DNA of 64,000 nt from Rhynchopus sp. YZ270_cl-10 (Eukaryota), in assembly GCA_964035575.1 (NCBI GenBank), contig OZ037835.1, forward strand, positions 992,001 through 1,056,000, written 5' to 3'. The notes under the pieces were generated by a model. It worked only from the letters and a program-made list of their open reading frames with translations, was not told where the DNA came from and ran no database searches. Every line of letters begins with the position of its first letter. Positions within the stretch are counted from its first letter, which is position 1. Below, in pieces: positions 11,968 to 23,837 of this stretch. Position numbers and translations under genes: made by a program.

Positions 11968-12728
11968 AGTACATTGTGACATTGTTGTGTCTGTTTTGTT
12001 TGAAGTAAAAGTACCTCAAATCACCCCAGGAAAGAGAGAAACGTTTGTAAGATAAACCATAGCCTCTCGTACTGGGCCACCATCAGAAACAGGCAACCAC
12101 CGACTGCAAACACTCAGGGCAAGCCCCACCAGACACCACAGACCACAACTGCGAAAAATAACCCAAAACCCCCAAACAATCAACAACCAACTGATCTCTT
12201 CATAAGTGTGACTTGAAACACAACAGCCCTCTCGTGAACAGTGCACCTTGGTACACTCTTAGGTGACAGCTGCACCGGGTGGACCCAACCATGCAGTCCT
12301 ACATCCATTTCGCCATTTGCAGCCTGCCCCTCTCACACATCCCACGAGAGACACCAGCCATCTGTTGCGCTACTGCCGAACGGAAGTTGTGGTGGTTCCC
12401 TGCAGATGGTGATGGGTGCGCAGTGTGGAAGAGCTGTGTGGCGAGGATGCGACGTGCTCAACAATGGTTGGGTGGGTTTGCACTTCGGGAGGAGGTGTCG
12501 GAACTCTGCTCTGTTGTTGAGGTGGACTGCAGGCAGCAAGGGCGCAGGGGATGTCTCTTTGCACGCTGTCTGGGAGGTCTGTGGAGCTTCGTGTTCTGTG
12601 GCGGGTGTGTGGAGAGACTGATGAGCACAACAACGTTGACAACAGCAGCATGTGGCAAGCAGCTTGCAGCACGACACAATACGCGCAGGGGAAAGACACG
12701 TGCATCATTCTTCGGTTGTGGCACGTCG

Positions 12729-13796
12729 TCATTGTGCGTGTCTCCGTCGCTTCTGGCTTTGCTCGGGGGATTCGTCTCTGCTTCGTTTCGGACGTGCTTC
12801 AACCACAAGCTTCCTCAGCTTCTCGTCCTTCCTCACTTCGTCGGACACAACACTGCTGCAGCCGGAAAGGTAAATGCTCGTCAACGAAGTGCAGTTCGCA
12901 GCAAAATACGTCATTCCAAAAGAGTTAATATTACTAATATGTGTCACGTTGCTGAGGGCAGATAAATCCAGGGTTGTTAAGCTGCTGCAGTACCACAGGA
13001 AGCCCGCACCAACCTGCATCACGTTTCTGAGTGGTGATATATCCAGGGTTGTTAAGCTCTTGCATCCGCAAAGAAAGTAGCTCATAATCGACGTCACGTT
13101 GCTGAGTGGAGATAAATCGAGGGTGGTTAAGCTGGTGCAGTTCTGAAGGAAGCCCGCACCAACCAGCGTCACATTGCTGAGTGGAGATAAATCGAGGGTG
13201 GTTAAACCGCTGCAGTGCTGAAGGAAGCCCGCACCAACCTGCATCACGTTGCTGAGTGCAGATAAATCCAGGGTTGTTAAGTTGATGCAGTTGTAAAAGA
13301 AGCACGCACCAACCTGAGTAACATTGTTCAACCCAGAGAGGTCGACACTTGTCAACGAGGTGCACTCTGCCAGGAACCTGTCTCCAATGTGAGTCACAAT
13401 GGACTCAGCACTGAGATCAAGTCTCGTCAACGAAGTGCGTGACAAGAAGCCATTCGGAATGAGAGTCGTAACCTCCGCCTGCAGAAGCAAACACGCCACC
13501 TCAGGATCCTCCACACTCTTCAACCTCTCGGCGGTCAGGTCTGTCTCACCCAACGCATGAAGCTCTGCAATGGCTTGGTTCTTCTGTGTCTTCGTCAGGA
13601 TGATTGTGTCACCAGCACTCAGCTGCGTCATGTCCGCTCCTTCTCCCAGCGCTTCGTCTCCGAAACTCATGCAAAAGCCGTCTTCAGGCAACCCCATTGC
13701 AGACGCCACCTTCCGCCGCAAGCCCTCCACTGTGTCATCTTCACCCACCTCGACTGTATGCTGATTCGTGTCGAAACCCTTGATGTTCAGGTCCAT
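12729..13796 (-). CDS. Ubl-LRR protein, copy 2 (355 aa)
   Basis: Intact paralog ending RPKRSRDESPEQSQKRRRHAQ. Confidence 0.9.
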   Translation of the reverse strand: MDLNIKGFDTNQHTVEVGEDDTVEGLRRKVASAMGLPEDGFCMSFGDEALGEGADMTQLSAGDTIILTKTQKNQAIAELHALGETDLTAERLKSVEDPEVACLLLQAEVTTLIPNGFLSRTSLTRLDLSAESIVTHIGDRFLAECTSLTSVDLSGLNNVTQVGACFFYNCINLTTLDLSALSNVMQVGAGFLQHCSGLTTLDLSPLSNVTLVGAGFLQNCTSLTTLDLSPLSNVTSIMSYFLCGCKSLTTLDISPLRNVMQVGAGFLWYCSSLTTLDLSALSNVTHISNINSFGMTYFAANCTSLTSIYLSGCSSVVSDEVRKDEKLRKLVVEARPKRSRDESPEQSQKRRRHAQ

Positions 13797-14297
13797 GTCT
13801 TTGTTGTGGTTTTGTGTTCTGATCTCTGTGTGTGGTGGTGGGGTGTCGAGGACAACAAGCCTGCAGTCCTTTTCAACAACCTTGCTAACAAACTGTGGGA
13901 AGACGGGAGTTCATAAGAGCAATATCATCCTCAACACAACGCAACAACGGAACAAACAAGAATGCGATCTGGAAAGCCTTGTATGAGCACACATCATACG
14001 CACAACGCCTTCGCTTTGCTGTCACTACATCGAAGGTGCAGGCTGTCCGCACCAGAGCAGTTGCTGTGAATCTGGGAAAGCTCAAAGGGGAGAGTGATGG
14101 GGCATTCACGTCGCACTTCGCAACACCAAGCCCATGCCATCGTGCGGGCACACAAAGCAATGTCAAAGTAGTGCCATGCCTCACCCACGGCTGCCCTTCC
14201 ACAGAAACGACCCATCAGGGTCTTCTGCGGTCACTTAAACCCAACCCCCAAATGGGACAATAGGGGAGGTGGGCGGGGAGGACGTTGTAATGAAAAG

Positions 14298-14398
14298 GTC
14301 GCCGTTCTTGGCAGCCTCCACCAAGACCTCGTCTGCTGAAAGCTGTCTTCTCTTTCGTGGGTTCTCGTTTGCGTGCTGTCTGCGTGTCGCTTCGGCAT
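14298..14398 (-). pseudogene. 5' fragment of ankyrin-family gene
   Basis: MPKRHADSTQ start, then a frameshift and truncation after AAKNGD. Confidence 0.75.
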
Positions 14399-15015
14399 TG
14401 TGTGTTTGTGTATTGTTGCTGTGTCTTTTGCGTTGGTTTCTTTTTGTGCAGAGGTTGTGGGTGACCAGAGAGGACGAAGTACACACCCCTGCTCTGGGTC
14501 ACCCCTGGGACACCCAACAGAAGGGTGACCACGATACACAAAGCATCAGTAGGTGGTGGGGTCAATTCAGAAAAAATGGCAAAGATCGCTGTCATCAACT
14601 TTCACAAAACATTCGTCCATGCTCCAAACAGAACAATTCCCAAGGTCAAAAACACTGAAGCATTTTTACCCTTTGAGGAGAACCACCCGTCCTCCACCAA
14701 TAAAACCCCGACAGATTGTACTTTACAAAATAGGGCATGGACAGTGCTCTTCTGGTCTGTGCTTCACACCACGAGACAACATGCCACTTGCCTCCTCCAC
14801 AACGTGTATCGCAAATCGCAGTGCCAACAGCGCGCCGTTGTTGCCATGCCACCTGCACAGCTGACCACACTCCTTGTACAACCACCACCACCACCACCAC
14901 CACTGGGCGCTGCTTACTGTTGAGGCAACATGCACATTTCAGTGCAACACCGTCACTTTCGACTGCAGAAATCGAGACACGCCACGTACGCCCCTCTCCA
15001 GGACAACGTCACCCC

Positions 15016-16309
15016 TCACCCCAGCGCAGCCCTGACGTTCATCCGCACTGCCGCCCGCACTGCCCCGCACATCTCGATGTAGTCAAACAGCAGAATGTTG
15101 GCCACCTGCGTGGCACCCCTGCTGCACGCTTCCACCCACTCCAACAGCGCTGGCGTCACACCCAACGCAAGCCCATGCAGTGTGGCAGGACAGGGCGCGA
15201 AAGGGACCAACCCCTTTACGACCGTTGATGTCGTTGGTGTCAGCACTGCTTGCACCAACAGAGAGCACTCCTGGAGCACGCTGCGACAGCGGGTGTGCTT
15301 TCAACAGACTCTTCAGCGTTGTCACACATGTGGTGTTTGGCCAGAACGACTCAATACACTTCTGCCCCCAGAGCCGCCCCTGCAGATGAACGTCGCCAGC
15401 TGCGTACAGCACCACAACCTGCACACCTGCGTCCCAAAACTCTTGCATCGTTGACGTAGGGTGCAAGCCTACGGCAAGCCTTGCGCCAAAGGTAGACACG
15501 ATGCGCTCAATCAGCACATCATGCCCAGTCATGTTGTAGAGGTGGTTGAAGTCGAGCACCACTACCTCAAGGGGGTGCGACAGAACGAAGTGCAGCACCT
15601 CGCGCAGCACCACGCCAACAGGCACACTCAGCATTGTATGCACCAACAGGTGTTCTGCGTTGTGCTCGCTGATGCGGAGGTCCAGATACCGCACCCCTGC
15701 GGCGAGCTGTTCGGCAACAGTACCCCCCTGCGTCTTCGCCCACCCAGACACAATGCGGCCAACAAAAGGCACACCGTTCAGCCGGTCAGAGATATCCTGG
15801 TTCGGCGCAATACGCGACTCCTTTGTGATCGCATAGGTACCCGAATCATGTGTACCGGGCATGACCACATCACACAGAGAACGTGGCGAAAGTATCCCCT
15901 TGATGCCTTCCATCCAGTTGACACCCATTTGGTGCCCTATAAACAGATCAACACCGTCTGTGAACAGAGTCCATTCGATAGCAATGGGAGTGGGTCTGTG
16001 GTTGTGACAAAACTGTGCATCGTCTGTCCGTGAATGAGCAGCTGAAAGGGGGACGGACGAAGTGGCTGGTTCTGTGGTGCCATGCTGCTCGAGGGAAACG
16101 CAGCCATTGTGCTGTATGTCCTGAAGCGACAGTGCTGTGCACACCCCACCAATCTCAAGACGAATACCTTCAGCGGGAAAGGGAAATGCTTTCCCCCGCG
16201 AATGCGATGGGACACAACACTGCACGTCTGCTGCGTTTCGGGAGGACCCACTGTGCACGTGAACAGTGCTGGCGAATGTGTTGTAGATCGTTAACATGGA
16301 TTCCGTCAT
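15016..16309 (-). pseudogene. PI-PLC X-domain protein (PLCXD-like) with 1-nt frameshift near 15256
   Basis: MPGTHDSG, WAKTQ..VAEQLAAGVRYLDLR, EVVVLDFNH; expected C-terminus (VQAVLTP...NILLFDY) lies in another frame (ORF 15016-15279). Confidence 0.8.
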
Positions 16310-16972
16310 GTCTAATGGGAGGAGAGAAACAGGAAGAAGCTAGCGTTCTTGCCGTCTTTCTCCGTTTCGTGTAGCTCTGTTGAGGGGGTGGGGGGGGTGG
16401 TTGGTGTGGTAAATATGCCTGTTTATTTTGTTGTTGTTTGTGTTGACAATAGCGGGGCACAAAAGGGGGGTTTCTTAGAGCAATAGGCAAAATGAAATAC
16501 CCACCCTTCTTTGTTCGTTGCTTTATTGTTTGTTGAACGCATCCATCCGACGCACTGTACTATTACACAGACGCACGTCGTTAGAGCGGAGGGGAGGAAG
16601 GAGGGGAGGAAGCAAATGAAATGCCCCTTATGTATGTATTCGTTGTTTTGTTGTTGATCGCATCCATCCTCGTCCGTACTTAACTACTTCAGGTAAAGCA
16701 CACAGTTTTTTTTAGTGGTTTGAAAACCACTTCGGGAAGTCCGCACTAAAGTCAAATATCACCTCAGTGCATTCCTTCTTTTCCACAACCTTCCTTCACC
16801 CCCCTGTAAGGGTAACCGAAGGTGAAGTAAGGTATAGTATTGAAATCGATGTGGAGGGGGGAGCCTGGGGGGAGGGCAAAGGGTCAATTTAAGAACGGCG
16901 TGATTCATTTCCAGATGGAGTGCGGAAGTCAATATTGTAGGAGATGAACCGCCTCTCTTCCGGTGCTGTCGT

Positions 16973-18406
16973 TCATCTGAAACGCACCTCCTCCAGTGCA
17001 GCTATACGAGAGTTTGCAGTCTCAAGCTGCGAGTACAATACACTAACCAGCAACTGCACCACGTCTGTTTCCTTTCCCTCCACCGCATGCTGCAACGCAG
17101 TGTAGTTCTTTGCAGTGTCTCGGTGATTCACATCCACCTCTGGCAAGCCCACAAGATAGCGCACAGTCTCGGTCTGTCCATAACATGCCGCAAGCATAAG
17201 ACACGTGCGTCCATCGTCATTTGTGGCACGGACACCCGCACCTGCTTCAACCAACATCTCCACAACCTCAAGTTCCCCTAAAGCGCAAGCGTAGTGCAGA
17301 GGCGTGCCACCCTTGTGGTCCGTTGTTTCGATGTCTGCACCTGCATCAATCAGCAACTGCACCACGTCTGTATCATATTCCTCCACCGCATGCTGCAACG
17401 CAGTGAAGCTGTTAGTATCTTGCTGATTCAGTTCCACCTCTGGCAAGCTCATAAGATAGCACACAGTCTCGGTGTCTCCATAACGTGCCGCAAGCATAAG
17501 ACACGTTTCCCCGTCGTCAGTTGTGGCACGCATTCCCGCACCTGCTCTGGTCAACATCTTCACAATGTCGAGTAATTCGAATTTGCAAGCATAGTGCAGA
17601 GGCGACCATCCGTCATTGTCCTTTGCATCAATGTCTGCACCTGCATCAATCAGCACCTGCACCATGTCTGTGTGCTCGTTAGCTGTTGCCCTGTGCTGTG
17701 TCGCAAAGTGCAACACAGTGTAGTTATTTCTAGCATTTCGGTGATTCACATCGACACCTGGCAAGCTCACAAGATAGCGAACACTTTCGGTGTGCACACG
17801 CTGTGAAGCAAGCATAAGACACGTGCATCCTTCATCATTTGTGGCACGTACATCCGCACCTGCTTCAACCAACATCTTCACAACGTCAAGTGCTCCTGAA
17901 TCGCAAGCATAGTGCAGAGGCGACCATCCGATCTTGTCTTTCGTATGTAAGTCTGCCCCTGCATCAATCAAGACGCGACACACTGCAGGGTCTGCCCACA
18001 TGGCCGGACAGTCACCTGCGCTGTGCTTGGAATCACGCGTGCGATTGGATCTATGCCGGACAAACGCCACGTTGTTGCAGACTGACTTCCAATGCTGCAA
18101 GAGGACCTCCGTGCACGCAACGTGGTCTGCGTGGACACACTCACTCAGCAGCATCCCAAAGCCCATCTGCGTTGTCTCAACATACGGAAGAAGCAGTGTG
18201 AGGCATTCATCGTGGTTCCCTCTGCATGTCTCGTGCGCAGCATCGAAGGCCACTGCTTTTCTGTCTGGGTTCAACTTCTCAAGGACCGCCCGCACGGCAG
18301 TCGTGTCGCCGTTCTTGGCAGCCTCCATCAAGACCTCGTCTGCAGAAAGCTGTCTTCTCTTTCGTGGATTCTCGTCCTGCGTGCTGTCTGCGTGTCGCTT
18401 CGGCAT
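16973..18406 (-). CDS. Ankyrin-repeat protein, copy 3 (477 aa)
   Basis: Intact paralog; short coiled-coil-like tail (SQLETANSRIAALEE). Confidence 0.9.
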   Translation of the reverse strand: MPKRHADSTQDENPRKRRQLSADEVLMEAAKNGDTTAVRAVLEKLNPDRKAVAFDAAHETCRGNHDECLTLLLPYVETTQMGFGMLLSECVHADHVACTEVLLQHWKSVCNNVAFVRHRSNRTRDSKHSAGDCPAMWADPAVCRVLIDAGADLHTKDKIGWSPLHYACDSGALDVVKMLVEAGADVRATNDEGCTCLMLASQRVHTESVRYLVSLPGVDVNHRNARNNYTVLHFATQHRATANEHTDMVQVLIDAGADIDAKDNDGWSPLHYACKFELLDIVKMLTRAGAGMRATTDDGETCLMLAARYGDTETVCYLMSLPEVELNQQDTNSFTALQHAVEEYDTDVVQLLIDAGADIETTDHKGGTPLHYACALGELEVVEMLVEAGAGVRATNDDGRTCLMLAACYGQTETVRYLVGLPEVDVNHRDTAKNYTALQHAVEGKETDVVQLLVSVLYSQLETANSRIAALEEVRFR

Positions 18407-19009
18407 TGTGTGTTTGTGTATTGTTGCTGTGTCTTTTGTGGTGGTTTCTTTTTGTGCAGAGGTTGTGGGTGACAAGAGAGGACGAAGAACACACATGGTG
18501 AGCATCCTTTTTCGTGTGTGGAATGTTACAAAAGCAGGGCATGTTAAGATTACAGCCCTCTCGTGACAGTGTACTTTACATGCCCGTCTGTACCGGGGTG
18601 GACACCCAACCATGCAGTCCTACGTCGATTTTGTGGTTTGCATCTGATATGTGCTACTCCCGCTTCCACTCATCAGCCAGATGAACGGGGATCATTGTGA
18701 ATACAGGGACATGACTTCTATGATGTAGGGTGAGAGGCGGGTACAGATAGCAGCGGATTCCGACCTAAATCCTGAAAGCAGGTACAGGGTAGAGTAGTGG
18801 GACACATAGCTGCTGACAGAGTTTCTCCTGTCTAACTTAATACCTACTCGCAATTCCTGTTCCTCCTCGACTGGCGGGGCCGGCCGTGGCGCAAGCCGCG
18901 ACGAAGGAGTGCAACAGCATGGAGGGCACGCGACGCAGACTGGACATCACGTCCCATCACAGCCGACTAGCTGGACCACGCGAAGGACCTGGGCACCAGT
19001 ATCCGCATG

Positions 19010-20100
19010 CTTGAGGTCGTCACCTCCTCAGAAGCCTTCCCGCTGCACCGTGGCACGCCATGTGCAACACAAACGGGTTCCGCAGCTGCACAAGTCCCTC
19101 AACGTCCTCCTCACGCACGAAGACTGTGCACTCTCCCTTGTCTGAGGTCCCCTGCTACTCCACATCCTCTTTGTGTTCCTTCTCCCAGGCTGTGTTTGCA
19201 CGCTCGATGTACGTTCTCGCATCCACCTCTGTGAACGGCTGCATGTACACAGCACGCACACCAGCCCCACACACCAGACGGAGACGTGTCCACACCCTTC
19301 AGGTACTCACCACGCACAGTCACAACAACGCTGCAGTGTGCCTCCACCCACGGATGCCGGTACAGAAGGCCACCCTCAGCCACCACAGCACCCACATCCT
19401 CCTGTGTCAGCCCCACCTCGTCCAGCGAGTCCAGCACCAGCACCACCTCGTACGTCTCCGCAAGGTACGCACGGTCCGCCTCCCGCAGCGCAAACGACTC
19501 CAGCACAAACGTGTCCAGCCCTCCCTTCTCAAGCAGGTCCACGTACTTCGCAAGGTAGTCCTTGAAGAACGCGACTGTGTCACCCATCACCTCCTGCAGC
19601 GCACCCACCTGCTCAGCCCTCGTCTCCCCCACACCACCACCCTCACCCACACCCGCGTACACCTCCTGCATCACAATCACGTCAAAGCGCAGCCCCATCA
19701 TCCTCAGCAACGTCGGCGATAGCTTCCACTACACCACTCGATGTTCGCTGTGCACACAAAGAACGTGCCACCCTTCCCATACATGAGGCTCCGAGCCACA
19801 TCCCGCTTCAGTGGTGTCGACGTGAAGCAGTTCCACACAATGTGCGTCCCCACCGCGTACTGCTGAGTCCGCAGCTGCTTCTGACGGCTCCCAATCAGTC
19901 GGTCCAGACCACGGATCAGCGGCGCAAAGGTCGCAATCACTTGCAGCTGCGGGTGCGGGTGACAGCTCAAACACGTTCGGTGCTGTGTCCTCAGTCAGGA
20001 AACCGCACTGCCTCCACTTGCCCCGCAAGCACGGTGCTGTGCAGCACTATCCACTGCGTCCACGGGCCTCTCCTTCCCAGTAATGCCCTTTGCAATCATT
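19010..20100 (-). pseudogene. NACHT/STAND-like gene relic 1
   Basis: Walker-B-like VVLVLDSLDEV, sensor-1-like VVVTVR; frameshifted; homologous to 37000-38270 and 55420-57260. Confidence 0.55.
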
Positions 20101-21148
20101 TTCAGGCTTCCGCGTTCAGGATCTCATCTTTCTGATGTGTGTCCCTGTTCATATGTTGTGGCCAGGTTCTGCCCCACATTCCTTCCTCCCAACCCTGGCA
20201 GCGATACAGCCGCACTGCCAAGAGAGCCACGCCTTGTGGATAGGTGAGGAACCCCACACCACAAAGCACTGCTTCGCGAAGCCGCAGCACCACTGCCTCC
20301 ACCCACACACTCCGCTGTCTCCACCCACCCCACGCAAGGAAGAACGCCAAAGGTGCTCTCGTGCTGCAACCACAGACAAGCTGAGGTGCCAGACAAATGC
20401 ACGAAAGCACCCCACGGCCGGCCACAGCTTCCCCTCTCCCATCATTTCCACAAAACGATGCAGGGAAGCGCCACACCCAAACCCCCCCACACTCACAACA
20501 CTGTGCAACATCCACCACACCCCTGCCTCCAGCACAGCCTCCCTCACAAGAGTTCCCTCCACACCCCAAGAAGACAGTCAAAGACCACGTGGTGTCAACG
20601 AGTTCAGAGTGATGAATTACAGAAAAAAGAGGGTTGGGTGCGGAGGTACGTTGTAATGAATAAGACATGGGTTTTTGTGGGATTATTTTGCAGCACACCA
20701 TAAAATAACCTCGGGGAGGTGCTGCCCTCCCACCAACACACCACGTCGTCATTGTGCGTGTCTCCGTCACTTCTGGCTTTGCTCGGGGGATTCGTCTCTG
20801 CTTCGTTTTGGACGTGCTTCAACCACAAGCTTCCTCAGCTTCTCGTCCTTCCTCACTTCGTTGGACACAACACTGCTGCAGCCGGAAAGGTAAATGCTCG
20901 TCAACGAAGTGCAGTTCTCAGCAAAATGCGTACCTCCAAAACCGCTACTAATGTGCGTCACATTGCTGAGTGGTGACAAATCCAGGGTTGTTAAGCTGTT
21001 GCATCCGAAAAGAAAGCCGCTCTTAATCTGCGTCACGTTGCTGAGTGCAGATATATCCAGGGTCGTTAAGCTGCTGCAGCTCTGAAGGAACCACGCACCA
21101 ACCTGCGTCACGTTGCTCAACCCAGAGAGGTCGATACTTGTCAACGAG

Positions 21149-21752
21149 ATATTAAACTTGAAAAACGTGATCCACCCCCGCAAAAAGAAAAACCAGCAAA
21201 AGGGAAGGATGGCACCACGGTGTGCCAGAGAGTGGCTTGATCCCATTTGCTGACTTATACCCAACAAAGAAGCGACACCTAAGTGAACAGGGGCCGTATA
21301 CCACCGCTGGTGGCCTAGGTTAGTATATAAGCCAGTTCAAGGTCCGCACTCTGGCAGCGTCAAAAGAAATAAACAACAATAAAACCACCAGTCATTCCAA
21401 TGGGAGGAACGAATGACTGGCATCTCCTAATTCTCTAAACTGCGGTGAGTGGAACACCCAACTGATGCAAACCACTGCCGCAGGTTAGCACCTACAAAAA
21501 GCAAAGAAAAGAAAAGCAAAAGCTGTGCATGGTCGTAAAGTAGGTGCAGGGTCGCTTAAATCCCTGAGGGCACAAAAAGCCCAGCATACACCTCCTCCAG
21601 TTGCTTTGGACCCTCCAGTATCATGTGCCCGGGTTTGCAAAAGTGCAATGCAACCATCCCACGCGTGGCCTTCGTTCACTCAAAAAAGAGATTATATCCG
21701 GGGACGCCAGGGCAAAAATGCCGGGGGGCTGCCACCTCACGTTTTTGTCCCC
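21149..21752 (-). mobile_element. 604-bp non-coding SINE-like retroelement at Ubl-LRR site C
   Basis: 18-bp TSD TCGAYACTTGTCAACGAG (21131-21148 / 21753-21770, one mismatch); HDV-like fold at 5' end; no poly(A). Confidence 0.85.
21661..21752 (-). ncRNA. HDV-like ribozyme candidate with a hairpin inserted in L3
   Basis: P1 GGGGAC/GTCCCC, P2 GTGGC/GCCAC (extended by ACGT/GCGT), P3 GCC/GGC, P1.1 CC/GG, P4 CTC-T6-GAG, J4/2 C-GAA; G1 is the first base after the TSD. Confidence 0.65.
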
Positions 21753-22010
21753 TCGACACTTGTCAACGAGGTGCAGCATTCCAGGAACCTGTCTCCAATG
21801 TGAGTCACAATGGACTCAGCACTGAGATCAAGTCTCGTCAATGAAGTGCGTGCCAAGAACCCAAACGGAATGACAGTCGCAACCTCCGCCTGCAGAAGCA
21901 AACACGCCACCTCAGGATCCTCCACACTCTCCAACCTCTCGGCGGTCAGGTCTGTCTCACCCAACGCACGAAGCTCTGCAATGGCTTGGTACTTCTGCGT
22001 CTTCGTGAGG

Positions 22011-23836
22011 GTGGTAGTCCGTTTTAACGGTCTCTGGCAGGCCGGGCCTTTCTGTGGCCTTCCCAACCAAAAGACCCCCAAAAAACACAGGTACCTGCTG
22101 CGTTTAGTGGTACTTTACCCCAGTCCCTGGAACAGATCGGCAAGCCGACCAGCCCAGGTATGCATGCCAACACTACTGGGGGTGCACTGTTCGATAGCAT
22201 AAAAGAAAAGTCAAAAAGTCAAAAAGACAAGAAGGTCAAACAAAATAGGTACTTCGAACAGGGCTGACAGGAGGGGATTCTCACCCGAGGTTCGGTGCCT
22301 GTCAGGCTGCGATTAGTGGTTCTGGGTGATTCCCTTCTTCCTAGCCACCGTTACCGCGGTGCCCACACCGTAAGAGAATGGGGACGGTTCACGACCGTTC
22401 GTACGCGTCAGCAAAAGTAGGGGTCGGAGTCCAGGCCCGAACCGGAAACATTAACCTCCGTTTTTCGAAACATTAAAAAGTAAAAATGAAAATCAACAGC
22501 AAGAGCAGTGTTGCTGTAAAAGAAACAGCAGCACCGTCAGCTAACATGTCCACACAATATGGCAGACGGCCACACAAAATTCCCCTGATTTGTACAGAGA
22601 AAGTTGTAACTTCTTCCTTACAAGTAAGGGAGTACCGGTAGGGAAGGAGTTACAACAAACAGTGAACAAACTCAAGTACCAGCCTTTCCGCGTAGCACAG
22701 ACCCTACATTTGGTAGTTGGTCTGCCCTACTGCCTCTTCTGCACCGTAGCTGAATGCCACGGCGACAACTCCTTCATCTATCAACGTACCAAAGCACGTG
22801 AAAATAGAACAAAAACAAACACATTGGAAAACAACAGAGCATGTACCTGCAGAGTGCACACACCCTGAAAGTTTAACCTCTTCCTTCTAGCACAGACGCT
22901 GGTCTGCCCTACTGCCTCTTCTGCACCGTAGCTGGACGCCACGGCGACAACTCCTTCATCTCCAACGTACCAAAGCACGTGAAAATAGAACAAAAATAAA
23001 CACATTGGAAAAACAGCAGAGCATGTACCTGCAGATCCACAGTTGTTTCACGTACAGTGCATACACCCTGAAAGTTTAACCTCTTCCTTCTAGCACAGAC
23101 GTTGGTCTGCCCTACTGCCTCTTCTGCACCGTAGCTGAATGCCACGGCGACAACTTGTACCCACCTGCGAATGAATGTCCGCAGATCCCTTCTTCTACTA
23201 ACGTATAAAAACGTAAAAACAGACCAAAAACTACAACATGCCACACTGAATTAACGACAGAGCACGCACCTGCAGATCCACAGATGTTTCACTACGGTGT
23301 ACACAGCCTGAGGTTAAACACATAACACAAGAATTCTACTACGGCAAAAAGATGACAACTGAACTGAACTGAACAAAACTACAACACACCACACTGAATA
23401 CACAAGAGCACGTACCTGCTGATCCACAGTTGTTTCACATACAGTGTACGCACCAACAAAGCAACACAACGTTCCCATGCGGTCAAACGACAACACAGGA
23501 ACAGCAACAATATTCCGTCACCAGTAGAGACACCGGCAACGCTTCCTTCTTGTACCTGGGATCCCCTCATCGGCATCAACACACTCCCAGTCACCGCACA
23601 GGTAACAGATCCTTGAAACCCCTCCGAAGGGGTTTGCGTAGCCTACATAAGCTGGTGATCTGCCCGAAATTGACTGTGATGTTGTGTTAATAACCAGGGT
23701 TCCCACATCGGCTTGTTCCTCCTCCGGTCCCGAGCGAATCCATCATTGGAGAGGCGGCCGCCCACGCTGACTCAGTACCATGCGAACACGGCGTCCAGGG
23801 GCCCCACTTGGCGGTTGGTCAGACGTTAATTGCCCC
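22011..23836 (-). mobile_element. 1.83-kb non-coding composite retroelement with internal tandem repeats at Ubl-LRR site A
   Basis: 19-bp TSD CTTCTGCGTCTTCGTGAGG (21992-22010 / 23837-23855); HDV-like 5' end; ~180-200-bp repeats starting ~22718, 22900, 23103. Confidence 0.85.
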
Positions 23837-23837
23837 C
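23764..23837 (-). ncRNA. HDV-like ribozyme candidate (P3/L3 deviant)
   Basis: P1 GGGGGC/GCCCCT with G1.U wobble followed by GG; P2 ACG(T)CTGAC/GTCAGCGT; P4 GCCGTG-TTCG-CATGGT; J4/2 A-C-TGA. Confidence 0.6.

Noticed and set aside
14525..14923. Possible transposase fragment
   Set aside because: No recognisable catalytic motif.
21710..21722. Sm site (ATTTTTG) suggesting snRNA or SL RNA origin
   Set aside because: It lies in a hairpin loop and no spliced-leader exon or snRNA similarity is recognisable.
22718..23290. CRISPR-like array
   Set aside because: Units are whole ~180-200 bp tandem repeats without unique spacers; no cas genes; eukaryotic context.
21149..23836. Insertions as conventional GT-AG introns
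   Set aside because: No AG|GT within the site A or C duplications; long TSDs and ribozyme heads indicate retrotransposition.
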